From Octopus bimaculoides (Eukaryota), in the NCBI RefSeq assembly GCF_001194135.2, contig NC_068994.1, forward strand, positions 50,647,025 through 50,711,024: a stretch of DNA of 64,000 nt, read 5' to 3'. A program made the translations under genes and the position numbers. This document shows, one piece after another, positions 36,966 through 50,295 of this stretch (position 1 is the first letter of the stretch; every line of letters begins with the position of its first letter). Below the pieces are notes generated by a model. That model worked only from the letters and a program-made list of their open reading frames with translations, searched no databases and was not told where the DNA came from.

Positions 36966-37200
36966 CTTTTTCCTGTTTCAGTCATTTGACAGCAGCCATG
37001 CTGGGGCACCTGCTTAAAGGGTTTTAGCGAAACAAATCGACCCCAAGACTTTTGTTCTTTTTAAGCCTGGTGCTTATTCTATCAACCTCTCTTTGCCAAA
37101 CTGCTAAGTTATGGAAATGTAAACACATCACCACCAGTTGTCAGGCAGTAGTGGAGGACAAATATAAATATAAAGACACACACACACATAGATATATATC
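36966..37200 (-). mobile_element. Family A SINE, 3' half
   Basis: ttcagtcatttgacagcagccatgctgg...aaatcgacccc...ctaagttatgg. Confidence 0.8.
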
Positions 37201-37232
37201 TAATGAAAGATATATACATACACATACATATA

Positions 37233-37571
37233 GACGTAGGAGTGGCTGTGTGGTAAGTAGCTTGCATACCAACCACATGGTTCCGGGTTCAGTCCCACTG
37301 CGTGGCACCTTGGGCAAGTGTCTTCTACTATAGCCTCGGGCCGACCAAAGCCTTGTGAGTGGATTTGGTAGACGGAAACTGAAAGAAGCCCGTCGTATAT
37401 ATGTATATATATATATGTGTATGTGTGTATATGTTGTGTATCTGTGTTTGTCCCCCCAACATCGCTTGNNNNNNNNNNAAGAATAAGTCCTGGGGTCGAT
37501 TTGATTCGACTAAAGGCGGTGCTCCAGCATGGCCGCAGTCAAATGACTGAAACAAGTAAAAGAATAAAAGA

Positions 37572-37572
<1 letters not shown>
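37233..37572 (+). mobile_element. Family A SINE, young copy with an internal 10-N gap
   Basis: ggagtggctgtgtggtaagtagcttgc...ggttccgggttcagtcccactgcg; CpGs retained. Confidence 0.9.
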
Positions 37573-37643
<71 letters not shown>

Positions 37644-38371
37644 TGTCATCATTTTAATGTCTGCTTTTCCATGCTTGCATCGGTCAAATGGAATTTGTTG
37701 AAGCCAATTTTCTATGGCTGGATGCACTTCCTGTCACCATCTCTCAACTGTTGGCAAGAAAATCGATATTGTTTTCACACAAGAATGGAAATGAAAGATG
37801 CTATTTGCATGATTGTATTGATTTACAACTATCACATGATGTCAAGGCACTAACAAACACATGCACACACATGTACATATATAGATGTTCTACAGGCTTC
37901 TTTCAGTTTCTGTCTATCAAATTCATTCCCCAAGGCTTTGGTCAGCTGTGATAGAAGACATTTGCCCAAGGTGCCTCACACTAAGATTGAACTAAAACCA
38001 TGTAGTTTGTGAAGTAAGCTTCTTAGAAAGGGCATCCAGTCGTAAAAAACCATGCCAAATCAGGCTGGGGGGTGGGGGTGGCGATCCCTGTTGTACTCTT
38101 TCGCCCCAACTTTCTTTCACTCTTTCTTCCTGTTTCTTGAGTAACGCTGCGATGGACTGGTGTCCCGTCCAGCTGGGGGGAACACATATGCCATAGAAAC
38201 CGGAAAACTGGACCCATGAGCCTGGCTAGGCTTTGAAAGAGCGACGTTTATCGTTATAGGTGGCAAAGGTAGCAATGACAGTAATAGCAGTGGTAGATGG
38301 GTGGTGATGATGATGACGGTGGTACTTCATATCCATTGCTAGGTACCTTTAATTTTAAAACTATTCATTCA

Positions 38372-38745
38372 CCCTTTTGATACCAACCCAACCTGAGATT
38401 GAACCTGGTTCTACGATACATACTTTTTGTTTTAAAGTGATCCACATTAAAAACTTCCATCAAAGCTGGATCCTGTTAAATTTCTTTCAACCACTTGAAG
38501 TACTTCAAATTTTCATCAAATTATTTTCAAAGACATCTAGTTTTGCATGTTGATGATGAAAATTGTGTTCACTTCTTTCTAGAAATTAATAATGAAAAAG
38601 TTACATTAGTGAAGAAAATTTGAAAAAGAAATTAGTGAAAATTAGAAATCATTCAAGTGGTTGAAAGAAACTTAACAAGATCCTTAAATTTAATGTTGAT
38701 TTATGTTTCAAACACTAGCTTAATAACGACAAAGATATTTTCAAT
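38372..38745. mobile_element. piggyBac-type MITE PB2 hosting a nested MITE
   Basis: ccctttgataccaaccc-type end at 38372; host sequence resumes at ~38684. Confidence 0.7.
38468..38683. mobile_element. Nested MITE with 32-bp TIRs starting GGATC
   Basis: ggatcctgttaaatttctttcaaccacttgaa versus ttcaagtggttgaaagaaacttaacaagatcc: 30/32 complementary. Confidence 0.8.
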
Positions 38746-38928
38746 GCAGCTAATGCCCCACCATCCAACATGAACACTAGAAGGAAAAAGAACGAAAAGG
38801 TATTTTGCAAATAGGACTGGCAACAGAGTGAATTCTTAAACACTAGCATCGAAGTGAGTGTTAACATGTAAAACAAAGGGATGAGTTCCAAAAATACAAT
38901 CAGTCATTTCCTCACAGCATAAATAGAT

Positions 38929-39298
38929 CAGGAGTGACTGTGTGGTAAGTAGCTTGCTTACCAACCACATGGTTCTGGGTTCAGTCCCCACTGCATGGCA
39001 CCTTGGGTAAGTGTCTGCTACTATAGCCTCGGGCCGACCAAAGCCCTGTGTGTGGATTTGGTTAACAGAAACTGAAAGAAGCCCATTGTATATGTATGTT
39101 TGTGTGTCTGTTTATCCCCCCACCATCGCTTGACAACCGATGCTGGTGTGTTTACATCTCCGTAATGTAGCAGTTCTGCAAAAGAGACCGATAGAATAAG
39201 TACTAGGCTTACAAAGAATAAGTCCTGGGGTTGATTTGTTCGACTAAAGGCAGTGCTCCAGCATTGCCATAGTCAAATGACTGAAACAATAAAAGAAT
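38929..39298 (+). mobile_element. Family A SINE, full length
   Basis: caggagtgactgtgtggtaagtagc ... gtcaaatgactgaaacaataaaaga. Confidence 0.9.
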
Positions 39299-39459
39299 AC
39301 TATTTTGATTAATCATTTTGTTAAGTATGAGGAGAGAACTGTGGACATGTTTTGGCCTTATTAAACATCATCAGCAATTCATCAGGTTTCACTGTACTTC
39401 TAAATTGGTGGTATAATACTATAAAGGAGCAAGCATGAAAAATTAGTATATTCAATATT

Positions 39460-39660
39460 ACATTCAGATTACTCTGTCAAATGTAATGCTTATTTATTTA
39501 AATAGTTTTGAATCAATAATGCATTAGCTCATAACTTGGTGATGTGATTATTTATTTCCAGAATTATATTGTAAGGTAGGTATGAAAGGCAGAACTTGGT
39601 CAATTTAAACACGAAACCGGTAGAATATTTGGGCCAGATAGGGCCAGCTTAAACGCCAAT
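39460..39660. mobile_element. piggyBac-type MITE PB1, ends eroded
   Basis: cattcagattactctgtcaaatgtaatgc ... gggccagcttaaacg matches 15662-15858. Confidence 0.65.
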
Positions 39661-40478
39661 AATGAAAGGAAGTAAACTGAAAAAAAATTTCAAAAGGAAC
39701 TGGTGGTGATTAGCATTTAAAATAAACATACCCAAGGTTACGAAAATTTATAATTTCATAAGAGTAAAGAACATAGTTATTTCAACTAAGAGGGTCTCCC
39801 TAACACATACATGGCATTGATTTCATTGACACTGCTGGGAAGAGAGATTAAATTTGTCTCATTTAGGAGCTGAATTCAGAGTGCAAAATGTTCTTACAAA
39901 ATCAAATATATTAAAAGTATTTTGTCTGGTTCTGTACCATCTCTAACTCGCTTCTTCATTTCTGATAAATAATTAGTGCAATAATATCACTATGATGATG
40001 ATAAACAACAAATAATGAGATTCAGAAGCAATTCTTAACGATGTTGATGATAATGATATAATGATGAATTGCTAGCAAGAAATGTATGCATGAATGTATA
40101 TGATATGCGTGTGTGTGTGTGTTTATGAAATTATAGGCACACATACACATTGTATGTGAAATATGTATGTGTTGTATACTGTTTAGAATATGAAGAATGG
40201 AATATTTAAAAGAAATATAATAAAATTGCTATTGTTTGTATAGGTGGAAGATAGTATTCAGTTTTGTATCCTCAAGTAAAAATCTTAGAATTTTCTCATA
40301 ATTGTGGGTGTGTGTGTGAGAGAGAGAAAGAAAGAGATGACTTTCTCTTCTAAAATTTAAAATACTGTATGATTTACTATATAATCTTATATAAATTTTG
40401 CTTTTGTTTATATTTTCTTTTCTTTGCTTTTTTAAAGTCATGTGCTTGAAAACTGTCTCTGAATATATATGGTATATA

Positions 40479-40542
<64 letters not shown>

Positions 40543-40578
40543 TATATGTGTGTATATCACTATGTGTATGTGTATATA

Positions 40579-40612
<34 letters not shown>

Positions 40613-40766
40613 CTGTGTATTATACATTTATACCATGTTATATTCATATGAAATGTGTCCTATTATATTTGTCAATAGAAACGAAATAAAATACCATTCA
40701 AAACTATTATTTCCTCTTAAGAATCTGAAGAGATTGCTTCATATTGCTACTGGTTACAAGCACAAG

Positions 40767-40804
<38 letters not shown>

Positions 40805-41724
40805 GATTTGTTTACTTCTTTCTTTCCAGCTTTATACATTTGCATTGTTTTGGCTGTTTTTAGGCTTCAGTGTATGTGTGTGTGCACACACACATATACA
40901 CACATATTGTGTTGTGGTGTGTGTGAGTGTGTATATCATGCCTAAATTTGTGTGTGTGGTATCATATGTGTATATATGTGTGTGTATATATATATATATA
41001 TCTCTTCCCCCTCTCCCTCTCCTCTCTCTCTCTCTCCCCCTCTCTCTCTCTCCCTCTCTCTCCCTCTCTCTCTCTCCCTCCCTCTCTCTCTCGCTCTCTC
41101 TATGCACATACATCCATGTGCGGAAATGTATATATATAAAACTGCATATATATTTGTCTGTATGTATCTATGCATATATACATACACATTCACACATGTA
41201 CATGCATGTCTGTGTATATATATATATATATATACTTATACACACAAACACACTTATATATGCATCAACAAATTTTGTCTACCCTGTACAAGCATAGAAA
41301 AGTGGATGTTAAAAATGATGATTGTGTGTGTTTGGATAGATGGATAGATAGATATTTATTCCTTTGAGGTTTTGGTTTATTTCAGATTTCTCTTTCTTGA
41401 CCTAAATTTTTTTTTTGTTTCTTGGATTTTGTGTTTTTTTTGTTTTGTTTTTTGCAGTGAATAATCTTCCTGTGATAGTGCTAGGTGGCTTTATATATGT
41501 AAGATATCAGTAAAAAAAAAAGTATATACAAAAAAAGATAATAATAATAATCCTTCAGAAAAGCAGACTGAAATTCCATAGATAATTGTGCTGAATTTGA
41601 AAGAGAATTTCCATCTTACGGAGATGGATATCACATTTTCTTTTCTTTTTTTTTTTTTTTTCNNNNNNNNNNCCTTTTCAAACACCAACAACTAGTTCAT
41701 ACAAGCCATATCTCAAATGCATAA

Positions 41725-41758
<34 letters not shown>

Positions 41759-42577
41759 AGATACATACATAGTAGTGGTTTAAGACCGAATTCTGTAAGT
41801 CTTACCCAGTAAATCTAGAGTTTTGTTGTTGTTGGTGTTGATGTTGTTTTAGTTTTTTTTTTTTTTTTCTGAGATTAAAGCAGTAATGACCATAGAGACT
41901 AGAAATTTTATATTATACCTGCTTTGGATAAAGATAAAAAAAAATAAAAAGGAAGAAAATATAAAATAGAAATAACGTTTTGCTTGCTTACTATTCGGTA
42001 AAACAAATATGTCAAATAAAATATTTCTATTGCTGAAGAATTTTTAGCGAAAGTTTTAATGATTTATTTATGTGTTACATAATACCCCTAAAGTGTGTGT
42101 CTAAATACCATGTTTTTTGTTTTGTTTTGATTTTTTTTTCTCATATCATTAAATAAAGAGAAGTAGGAGTAAGAATTTAGAAAGATTCTTGGCATTTAAC
42201 CTTGTAGCTTTTTCTTGAATGTTTTCGCACTGTATTTCAATTCCGTAAACTTCTTTTGAAGGAAGACTAGAGTTTAAAAACCTACTTAATTATTTTATTA
42301 ACATATTTTTAATAAATTACACAGCATATGGTTTTTGCTATTGTTTCTGTGGAACAGGGGCATTTTCTTAAAAAGAACTTATTTGGAAAAAAATCTAGAC
42401 TTTGGAAGGAGTTATTAAAAACAATAGCTTTTGACATGGCTGTGTGGTTAGTCCTGTGATCTTGGGTTAAGTCCAAATGCATGGCATTGTGGGCAAGTGT
42501 TTTCTTGCCATAGCCTTGACTTATGAAAGCTTGCAAGTGGATTTGGTAGATAGTCTGGAAGAAACCCATTTGATGTA

Positions 42578-42608
<31 letters not shown>

Positions 42609-42994
42609 GTGTGTGTGTGTGTGTATTATGTGGCAGTTGTATATAGCCATCTTTGTCATAGAAGCAATGTTGTTCATTTCCAACCTTCCATAAAAAAAAC
42701 ATGTCTGGTTAGGGAAAATATTATCTTGCTTGTAAACAGGTGAAGGTTGGTGACAGGAAGAGTATCCAGTCATAAAATAATCTGCCTCAACAAATTCTAT
42801 CTGATCCATACAAGCATGGAAAAGTGAACATTGAATGATGATGTAGATGTCTTTATTTTAACTTACCACAAGGTCCTTACATGTAATCAAGAATTTTTTT
42901 TTTTTTTTTACTTCAAATATGGGCATTAAAATTGGCTGGATGCCCTTCCTAACACCAACAACCGTGCAAAGGTCTGTTTTAGCATTCTGTCCAC

Positions 42995-43051
42995 AGCTAG
43001 ATAGAACATCGGTTGTCAAGCGATGGTGGGGGAACAAACACAGACACACTA

Positions 43052-43097
<46 letters not shown>

Positions 43098-43260
43098 GCA
43101 TAACGGGCTTCTTTCAGTTTCTGCCCACCAGATCCACTCACAAGGCTTTGGTCGGCCCAAGGTTATAGTAAAAGACACTTGCCCAAGGTTCCATGCAGTG
43201 GGACTGAACCCAGAACCATGTGGTTGGGAAGCAAGCTACTTACCACACAGCCACACCTGC
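42995..43260 (-). mobile_element. Family A SINE, 5' two-thirds
   Basis: catcggttgtcaagcgatgg...gggactgaacccagaaccatgtgg...ccacacagccac. Confidence 0.85.
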
Positions 43261-44138
43261 ACCTATGATGTTTAAAAAATCCTATTTTATTTTTCTAATT
43301 AAGTGTCATTAGGAATTGAGTAAAACAAATTGTTAGAATAATTTATATCTTGTAGATGTATAAGTAACTTATTGCACATAAATTTTTAACAACAGAATCT
43401 TATATGGATCCCTAAGGGCCATATGGACCTCAGTTGAGAACCACTGAATTAGTGCTAAGTTATCACGTCATTTAGAACACAGGAATGGATCATGCATTTT
43501 CTTTCTTTATCAATTTTTCTTTTTTTCTTCAAAATCCTGTTATGACATTAAGATACTATATCCATTATACTTTCTTCAGAACTCATGGCTGTCTTCAACC
43601 TCTTTCTCATTAATTAAACATAGGATATACCTTTTTTTTCTCTTTTAGCCAATGGTCAGATACATTGAGAATTTTATTCTTTTCTCCCTTTTAATCACAA
43701 AGTTTACCATTAACCTAATTTCCCTGTATGATGTTTTTCGCGCACTTGTAATGTAGAACCTTTCAAAAGGTTCATGCAAATTTAATAAGACTGGTTCCTA
43801 TCTAAAGAGAAGTTGCAAATTTTCATAAATGCATTCCATCTTATCTTTACCATTTTCAATAAAAAAAAGAAATGTCATTTAAATAGGTATCTATCTTAAT
43901 CTCTTTAAATACTCGTTCTTTGAAGCTATTCATTACACATCAATCGGCTCATCTTTGTGAAGAGATGAAAAGGAATATGTTTCCTTCCACTTTTTTTTTT
44001 TTTTCTGTTGTGTGGGGAAAATGTTAGTGGGTTCAGTTATGGCTCTGTTGTTAAGAATTTTGCTTTTGTAACCATGTGGTTTTAGGTTTGGTTCCATTAC
44101 ACAGCACTTTGGGAAAGTATCTTCTATGGTAGCTGTAA

Positions 44139-44356
44139 CCCTTTAGCACTTAAACCGACGGTATACAGCCTAAGATGTTCCACTTGTTTTATGTTCAAAC
44201 TGACCGAATCAGGCCTCTCTCACGTACCCAACAATGTCATTCAGATCCTCAACAATCACATCATCAAAATCTCGATGCTGTGAGATAATGCATGATTAAT
44301 TCAAAACAATATGAATACGTATTACAATTGACAGAGTAGCCTGAATGCTTAAAAGG
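44139..44356. mobile_element. piggyBac-type MITE PB1 inserted in a family A SINE
   Basis: gtaa-ccctttagcactt ... aatgcttaaaagg-TTAA; SINE A sequence on both sides. Confidence 0.8.
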
Positions 44357-45205
44357 TTAAATCAGCCAAGGCTTTGCTGGGAGTGAAATTTGGTGTATAT
44401 AAACATTATGAAAGTCCATGAGATTGTTACTGTTGGGTGGTTGACTTCATTCATTGATAGATTTAATACCATCATATACATGATACATAAATTCCTTTAA
44501 TGAAGTCCAATCTGTTGTAAGGTCTCTGGTCAGAAAATAACTTCTTGTCTCCCTCCCGCCATTCTTGGAACATTTGAAAAATGTCTTAGGTGCTGCCTGA
44601 CTTCGTAATGTCTAAACCATTAAAAAGAAAAAGAAACCTGCAAATTTAATTGCGTCATGCTATGCTGGCACCACATACAAAGCGCCCAGTGCACTCTGAA
44701 AATTGTTGGCATTAGGAAGAGCATCCAGCTGTAGAAGCCATTCCAAAACAGATGACTGGAGCCTGATGCACACCTCCAACTTGCTGGTTCCTGTTAGGCC
44801 AGCCAACCCATGCCAGCATCGAAAACAGGTGTTAAATGATGATAATGATGTTGGTGGTGATATATCCATGAAGAACATCTTCAAGAACTTCCCTGGCCTA
44901 TATATAAGTTCAACATTAATTCTAAAATTCTCTTATTTAATAATTTACTTGGATAGCAAAAATATTTTCGATCTAGCACAAGTTCTGAGAAGCAAGTTCC
45001 TTTTTGCTGTTAAATTTCAGAAAACTGATTTTTTTGTCTACCCACCCCTTTTTTTTGTTTTTTTTTTATTTGAGAAGGCCACAGGGCTTTTAATAATTGC
45101 AAGCTGTGCACAGCAATCATTGATAGTGGATATCAATGATCTGTAGGTCAGACAGTTGCTAGACATCATGTCTGACTTGAAGAGAAATAAAATTATTTCT
45201 TCTAA

Positions 45206-45483
45206 CTGTTCCGTAACCACATTTCTAACAAAATACACTGTTTGTTGTGTTTCAATTTAATTATAAAAATGTTCAAGAATTTAGATGCATTTAGTAAAAT
45301 GAACCAGCTTTTACGCTTACATTGAATTTCTATATTAAGCTTTAATGTTCAGGACATGGCAAAGAGATTTCTTCATAAAATTATGATGGATGGTTTTAAT
45401 TTATGAACACTTTAAAACAAGCAGTTTTGCATCATAGAATTGGAGGTAGTGTCAAGATGTCAAGCGGGTTGGTATCAAAAAGG
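45206..45483. mobile_element. piggyBac-type MITE PB2, diverged
   Basis: Right end gcgggttggtatcaaaaagg-TTAA matches 19985-20008. Confidence 0.7.
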
Positions 45484-47500
45484 TTAAAAGTGTGAGAGCA
45501 ACATAGTGTTCTGAATCGATCTATTATGTCCTCTTCTCTGCATTTTCTTTCAAAGCCATTTGTTCTCTGTTTAAACCACCTCCATCATCTTAGTCTGGGA
45601 TGATTTGTAATAAATTTTATTTCTGCAGTCTTCAGTCTTGAGTTTTCATGAATAGATTGTTAGAAGTTAACAGAAACATATAAATATGCAGAGTTCAAGC
45701 AAATAGTTTGGGAGTTGCTGTGCTAAGATTGATTCTGTTGACTCTGTACTTCTCGAACAAATATGTGAATAGCCTCAATAATATCTTGGACTATTTTATT
45801 ATGTCCCTTTGTATTTTAAATCAGAATCCTGCACATTTGAATTTAGAATTACAGATTTAGGTTGTTTTTTTTTCTTCCTAGTATAACTTATTAGTGCCTC
45901 AAATACCACACTTTACTTTGACTCTACACCTTACCTCCAAAATTTATGGTCTTGCACTTGTTATTTTGATGAAGAACCAAAATAACAAGAATGTTTATAG
46001 AACAACTACAGATGAAATTTTTGATGAAGAATATTCTACTTTACTTATTATCCTGTGCCTTCTCTCTCTCTCTCTCGCATTCACACATGCACACAAACAC
46101 ACACACACATGTACATAACGGTGTGTGTGTGAGTGTAAAGGTAGGACGGGGTGTCTATGTGATGAAGAATTATGGAGATAGTGTGCATACTTGTGTAGAG
46201 GCAGGTATGGCTATGAAGTACAGAGGAGCATGCTTATTCATTTATGGTGGGAAGTGTCAGGGACAAGGCTGTGTTACTAAAGGAAAACAAAGTAATTATG
46301 TATTCCACTTGGGTGAACTGTATGTAGATAAAGAATTGGTTGTTCTTTATGGTGCAAACAGGAGGTGGTTGATCCATGGTGTAAAATGACACCATAAACA
46401 GAGACATGCAAATAGGTATGGCCACAATAATTTAAATGATAAGGAACAGATTGAAGGAATATAATGCTATGGTGAATATCTAAAAAAAAGAAAAATGCTC
46501 TCTGAAATAGTCTGCCAAGCTTTAACCTGTTTCTTCAATATACAACAAGCCATAAAGTTTGATTTAATGCAATAAATGTTCTTAATAGTCCAGGTGAAAT
46601 AGTTGGGAAAATGGAAAGAGAAGTTAGGTCTGTGTAAAGTGGTGATGTTTTGGCTGAAGGGTTAGGTGTTGCACTGGGAGTAAAATCTAGGAGCTGTGAC
46701 AGTAGAAGAAAAAGGCTATAGAAGGATCAGAACATGGAATTTGTGGTTACATGTGAAGGAAAGATAGGGGTGTTTAGGGAAGATGTGGAATATGATGAGT
46801 TAAATTAGATGAGACAAAAGTGCCATTGGCCAGTGCATTGGGCTAGTAAAGTGGCAGCATGATAGATACAGAAAGAAATGGGTAGTTGGCATTAGGTTAG
46901 ATATTAAGTATGAAGGTAGAGGTGTGATCAACAATGTGGGTGAGACAATAGGTATGATGGCAGGTGTTACGGCAGGCAGCATCAGCAACTGGTTGGGGTT
47001 AACCACATTGTCTAAAACAGTGGATCATTTGATGCAGTTTAGTTAGTCACGGCTTATAGAGACAGCAGCATCAAAGAAGATAAGCAGTATGATTTAAGTG
47101 GGATGTGGTTAAACTGAAGTTGGAGTGGGAGTCTTTGGGCTTATAAAAGACAAAGGTTGAGAGATTGGAAAATTAAGAGAGATAGTGTGCCACATTGAAA
47201 GTATTGGTGCTGGTGCCACATAAAAATCATCCAGTACTCTCAGTAAAGTGGTTGGTGTTAGGAAGGGCATCCAGCTGTAGAAACCATGCCAGAACAATGG
47301 AGCTTGATACGGCTCTCGGCCTTGCTAGCTCCTATCAAACCAACCAACCCATACTAGCATGGAAGACAGATGTTAAATGATGTTATGTGTATCTGTAAAT
47401 GTATATATGTGTATATGTATGTATATATATATATGTGTGTGTGTGTATGTATGCGTTTGAGCATGTTGTATATGCATTTATTTATGCTCTGTGTGTGTGC

Positions 47501-47537
<37 letters not shown>

Positions 47538-48526
47538 TAAGAGAAAGAGAGATAGGACAAATAAATAAATGATAAAAGGAAGAAGCAAACGCCAACAAAG
47601 TGCAAAGCACCATAACAAAATAGAAAATTAGCTGTCATATGAAGCAATCATTTGTAAAACTAACAGAGAGATTGCTAGTTGCCAAGGAGGTTCTGGAGAT
47701 GAGGTTTTTCTCAAATATGAAATGTAATTTGATCAATAGTCTTTTGAAATGGATATTTCTTTCCATAGATGTTGTTCTTCTATTCCTCTTATCTCCTTTA
47801 TACCGTGTGACTCTCTTTCTCTGTCTCTCTCTCTCTCTCTTATGACTTTTTCTTCTTCTTCTTCTACCCACACCTCTCACATCCCACCCCTCTTCTCTCT
47901 CTCTTTTTTTTAATGTCTTTGTTTTTCTGTTATCTTTCTCTTGTTATTGTCTTCTTGTTGTTGCTGATTTCTCATTGTGCACACTTAATAATATGTTGGT
48001 TAGGTGAGATGAGAATAGAAGTAAATACTGAATGATGGTGGCAGTAGTAGTAGTAGCAGTAGTGTCGGTGGTGGTGGTGGTGGTGGTGTTTCATAGTTGA
48101 AGTACTACTGCAAGCTTGGTAAATATCTTTTTGTTCGGTAATGAGCTAGCTAGTGATATCCATTTAGTTACCCTGAAGCAATCTTTTAAAGCTTTGCAGA
48201 AACTGTCATCTGCTTTCATGTTTTTGTTTTTGTCATTGTTTTTGTTTTGTTTTTATAAAAAAAAAAGGAAGCTTTTGTTTGAAGTCATTTACTTTGATAC
48301 TCTATCCATCTTTGGTTTCAATCACCTGGAACTAAGTAACCCCTCGACCTAAGCCACAAATAAAAGACAGGAATCTAGCTGCCACACTCCACCTACTTGG
48401 AAGGAAAGAACTTAATGGATGATATGATTCTAGATGTATTATGCCTTGACAAAAGAGGGGATGGCCATGGCTGGAATACCTTTGATCATAAGGTTTGCTC
48501 TCATGTCAGCAATGGATCTCAAAACA

Positions 48527-48567
<41 letters not shown>

Positions 48568-48695
48568 AAAACCTAGATGGAGGAAACAGTATTTGACATG
48601 GAAAATAATCTGACATATAAAATTTTACTGAAACTAAAAATCTTTATGGACCCAAGTTTGTGAAGTTTTCCAACTTTAATAAAATTGTATATATA

Positions 48696-49056
48696 CAGGG
48701 TGTCCCAAAAGTCACTGATGGGTTTCAGTTTTTAATAACTTCTTTAACTTTACAAATAAATACATGAAATTTGGATACAATATAAACGACATAATGGAAA
48801 TTAATATGCACAAGTCAAATTTTGCAGCACCACTAAATCACTTATGAAAAATGACATTGCTTAAATGGCAATCATTTTTGGCTTCACCCGTGATGTTTCC
48901 ATAACTTGCACCATCACACTCTCAAAAGTTTCAGACCCCACTTCTCTGATTTCTCTATTGATGTTCTTCAGTCGCACCAGGCTCTCCGGTTTGTTAACGT
49001 AAACCCTCTCTTACAGGTATCCCGACAAGAAAAGAATCTGGGGAACGTGAAGGCCA
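48696..49056 (-). mobile_element. Tc1/mariner element 3' end with TIR
   Basis: TA + CAGGGTGTCCCAAAA terminus; minus translation GYL*ERVYVNKPESLVRLK...HLSNVIFHK*. Confidence 0.8.
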
Positions 49057-49239
49057 TTCAAAGTAGACCTCACACATGGTTCCAGCAAGATTGGACAACT
49101 GCTCATACCGCAAGAGAAACAATGCTATTGCTCTGGCAGTGCTTTGGAGAGAGAAGAATCTCCCACTACGGCAATGTCAACTGGCCTTCACGTTCCCCAG
49201 ACTTGACTAGCCCAGGTTTTTTCTTGTGGGGATGCCTGA
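49057..49239 (+). pseudogene. Tc1/mariner transposase catalytic fragment with DD41D-like spacing
   Basis: WFQQDWTTAHT...WPSRSPDLTSPGFFLWG; 41 residues between the QQD aspartate and the third catalytic position. Confidence 0.85.
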
Positions 49240-49409
49240 GATTAAGTCGATTACATCGACCCCAGTGCGTAACTGGTACTTAATTTATTGACCCGAAAGG
49301 GTGAAAAGCAAAGTTGACCTCAGCGGAATTTGAACTCAGAACGTAAAGACAGTTGAAATACCGCTAAGCATTTCACCCGGCGTGCTAACGATTCTGCTAG
49401 CTTGCCGCC
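49240..49409 (-). mobile_element. Family C SINE
   Basis: Reverse complement of ggcggcaagctagcagaatcgttagcacgccggg...ggggtcgatgtaatcgacttaatc. Confidence 0.85.
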
Positions 49410-50116
49410 TTTGTTACCTACAGATATTCATTTATAAATGCTCTAGCTAAGTATCAGTTGTACCAGAACTTGACAGTGTCAAAGATCCTGTGAAGATCAT
49501 GGACATTGCATCTTAATCCTGACAAGGACATACAACAAAATGGTTCACAAAATCATTTCTTGTGTAAGCACAAAGCCAGTTCCTGAATTGGAGGGATGTA
49601 ACCACTTGAATTACTGGTATGAAGCCATGTGGGATTTCTACTCAGAGATTAATACTCTATGACTTTTAGTTGTTTGACACTTTCTTCCCTGCCAACTTTT
49701 TGTCCCCCCTCAAATGTCTGTGTTGGGGAATTTAATGGTATGAATATTTAGATGTGGGGGTGAAGAATGTATAAATATTTACTAACAAACCTATTTTGAG
49801 ATGTGAAGTTAGCCATTTAAGCAAGGATGTTTTTTTATTATTATCATTATTTTTATTCACTTAACTTACCCTGATTTGTCTGTGTCATGTCTCAGCTCCA
49901 TCCCACAGCTTAGAAATGACTCACTTTCCTCAGCACATGAGCCGTTCCAAGTGTTGCTGCCATCTGAATACTTCCTAAGAAGTTTGGTATTTGCAGCTTT
50001 TGGTGCCAGAATATTACTCTCTTTGAGATGGTCTCAAGTGCACTGATCACAATAGGTATCACACTCACTTTTTAGGCTCAATGTATTCTTTTCACTTCGT
50101 TATTATTATTATTATT

Positions 50117-50295
50117 AGGGCAGTGAGCTGGCAGAGTCATTATCACACTGGACGAAATGCTTAGCGGTATTTCACCCATCGGTACGTTCTGAGTTCAAAT
50201 TCCGCCTAGGTTGACTTTACCTTTCATCTTTTCGTGGTCAATACATTAAGTATCAGTGAAACACTGGGGTCAATGTAATCGTCTAGTCCCCTCCT
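50117..50295 (+). mobile_element. Family C SINE following a (TTA)n tract
   Basis: gggcagtgagctggcagag...ctgagttcaaattccgcc...cactggggtcaatgtaatcg. Confidence 0.8.

Noticed and set aside
39338-39378. Hammerhead-like relic on the minus strand (CUGAUGA..UAAUAA-GGCC-AAAAC-AUGUC)
   Set aside because: G12 is lost and stem I has only 2 bp; possibly the same old family as 31495 but unsupported.
40229-41367. Cluster of ORFs up to 249 aa
   Set aside because: Translations of (TA)n, (ATT)n, (CT)n and (TG)n microsatellites.
46560-47110. Purine-rich segment that might be a LINE endonuclease relic
   Set aside because: Many stops and only vague similarity.
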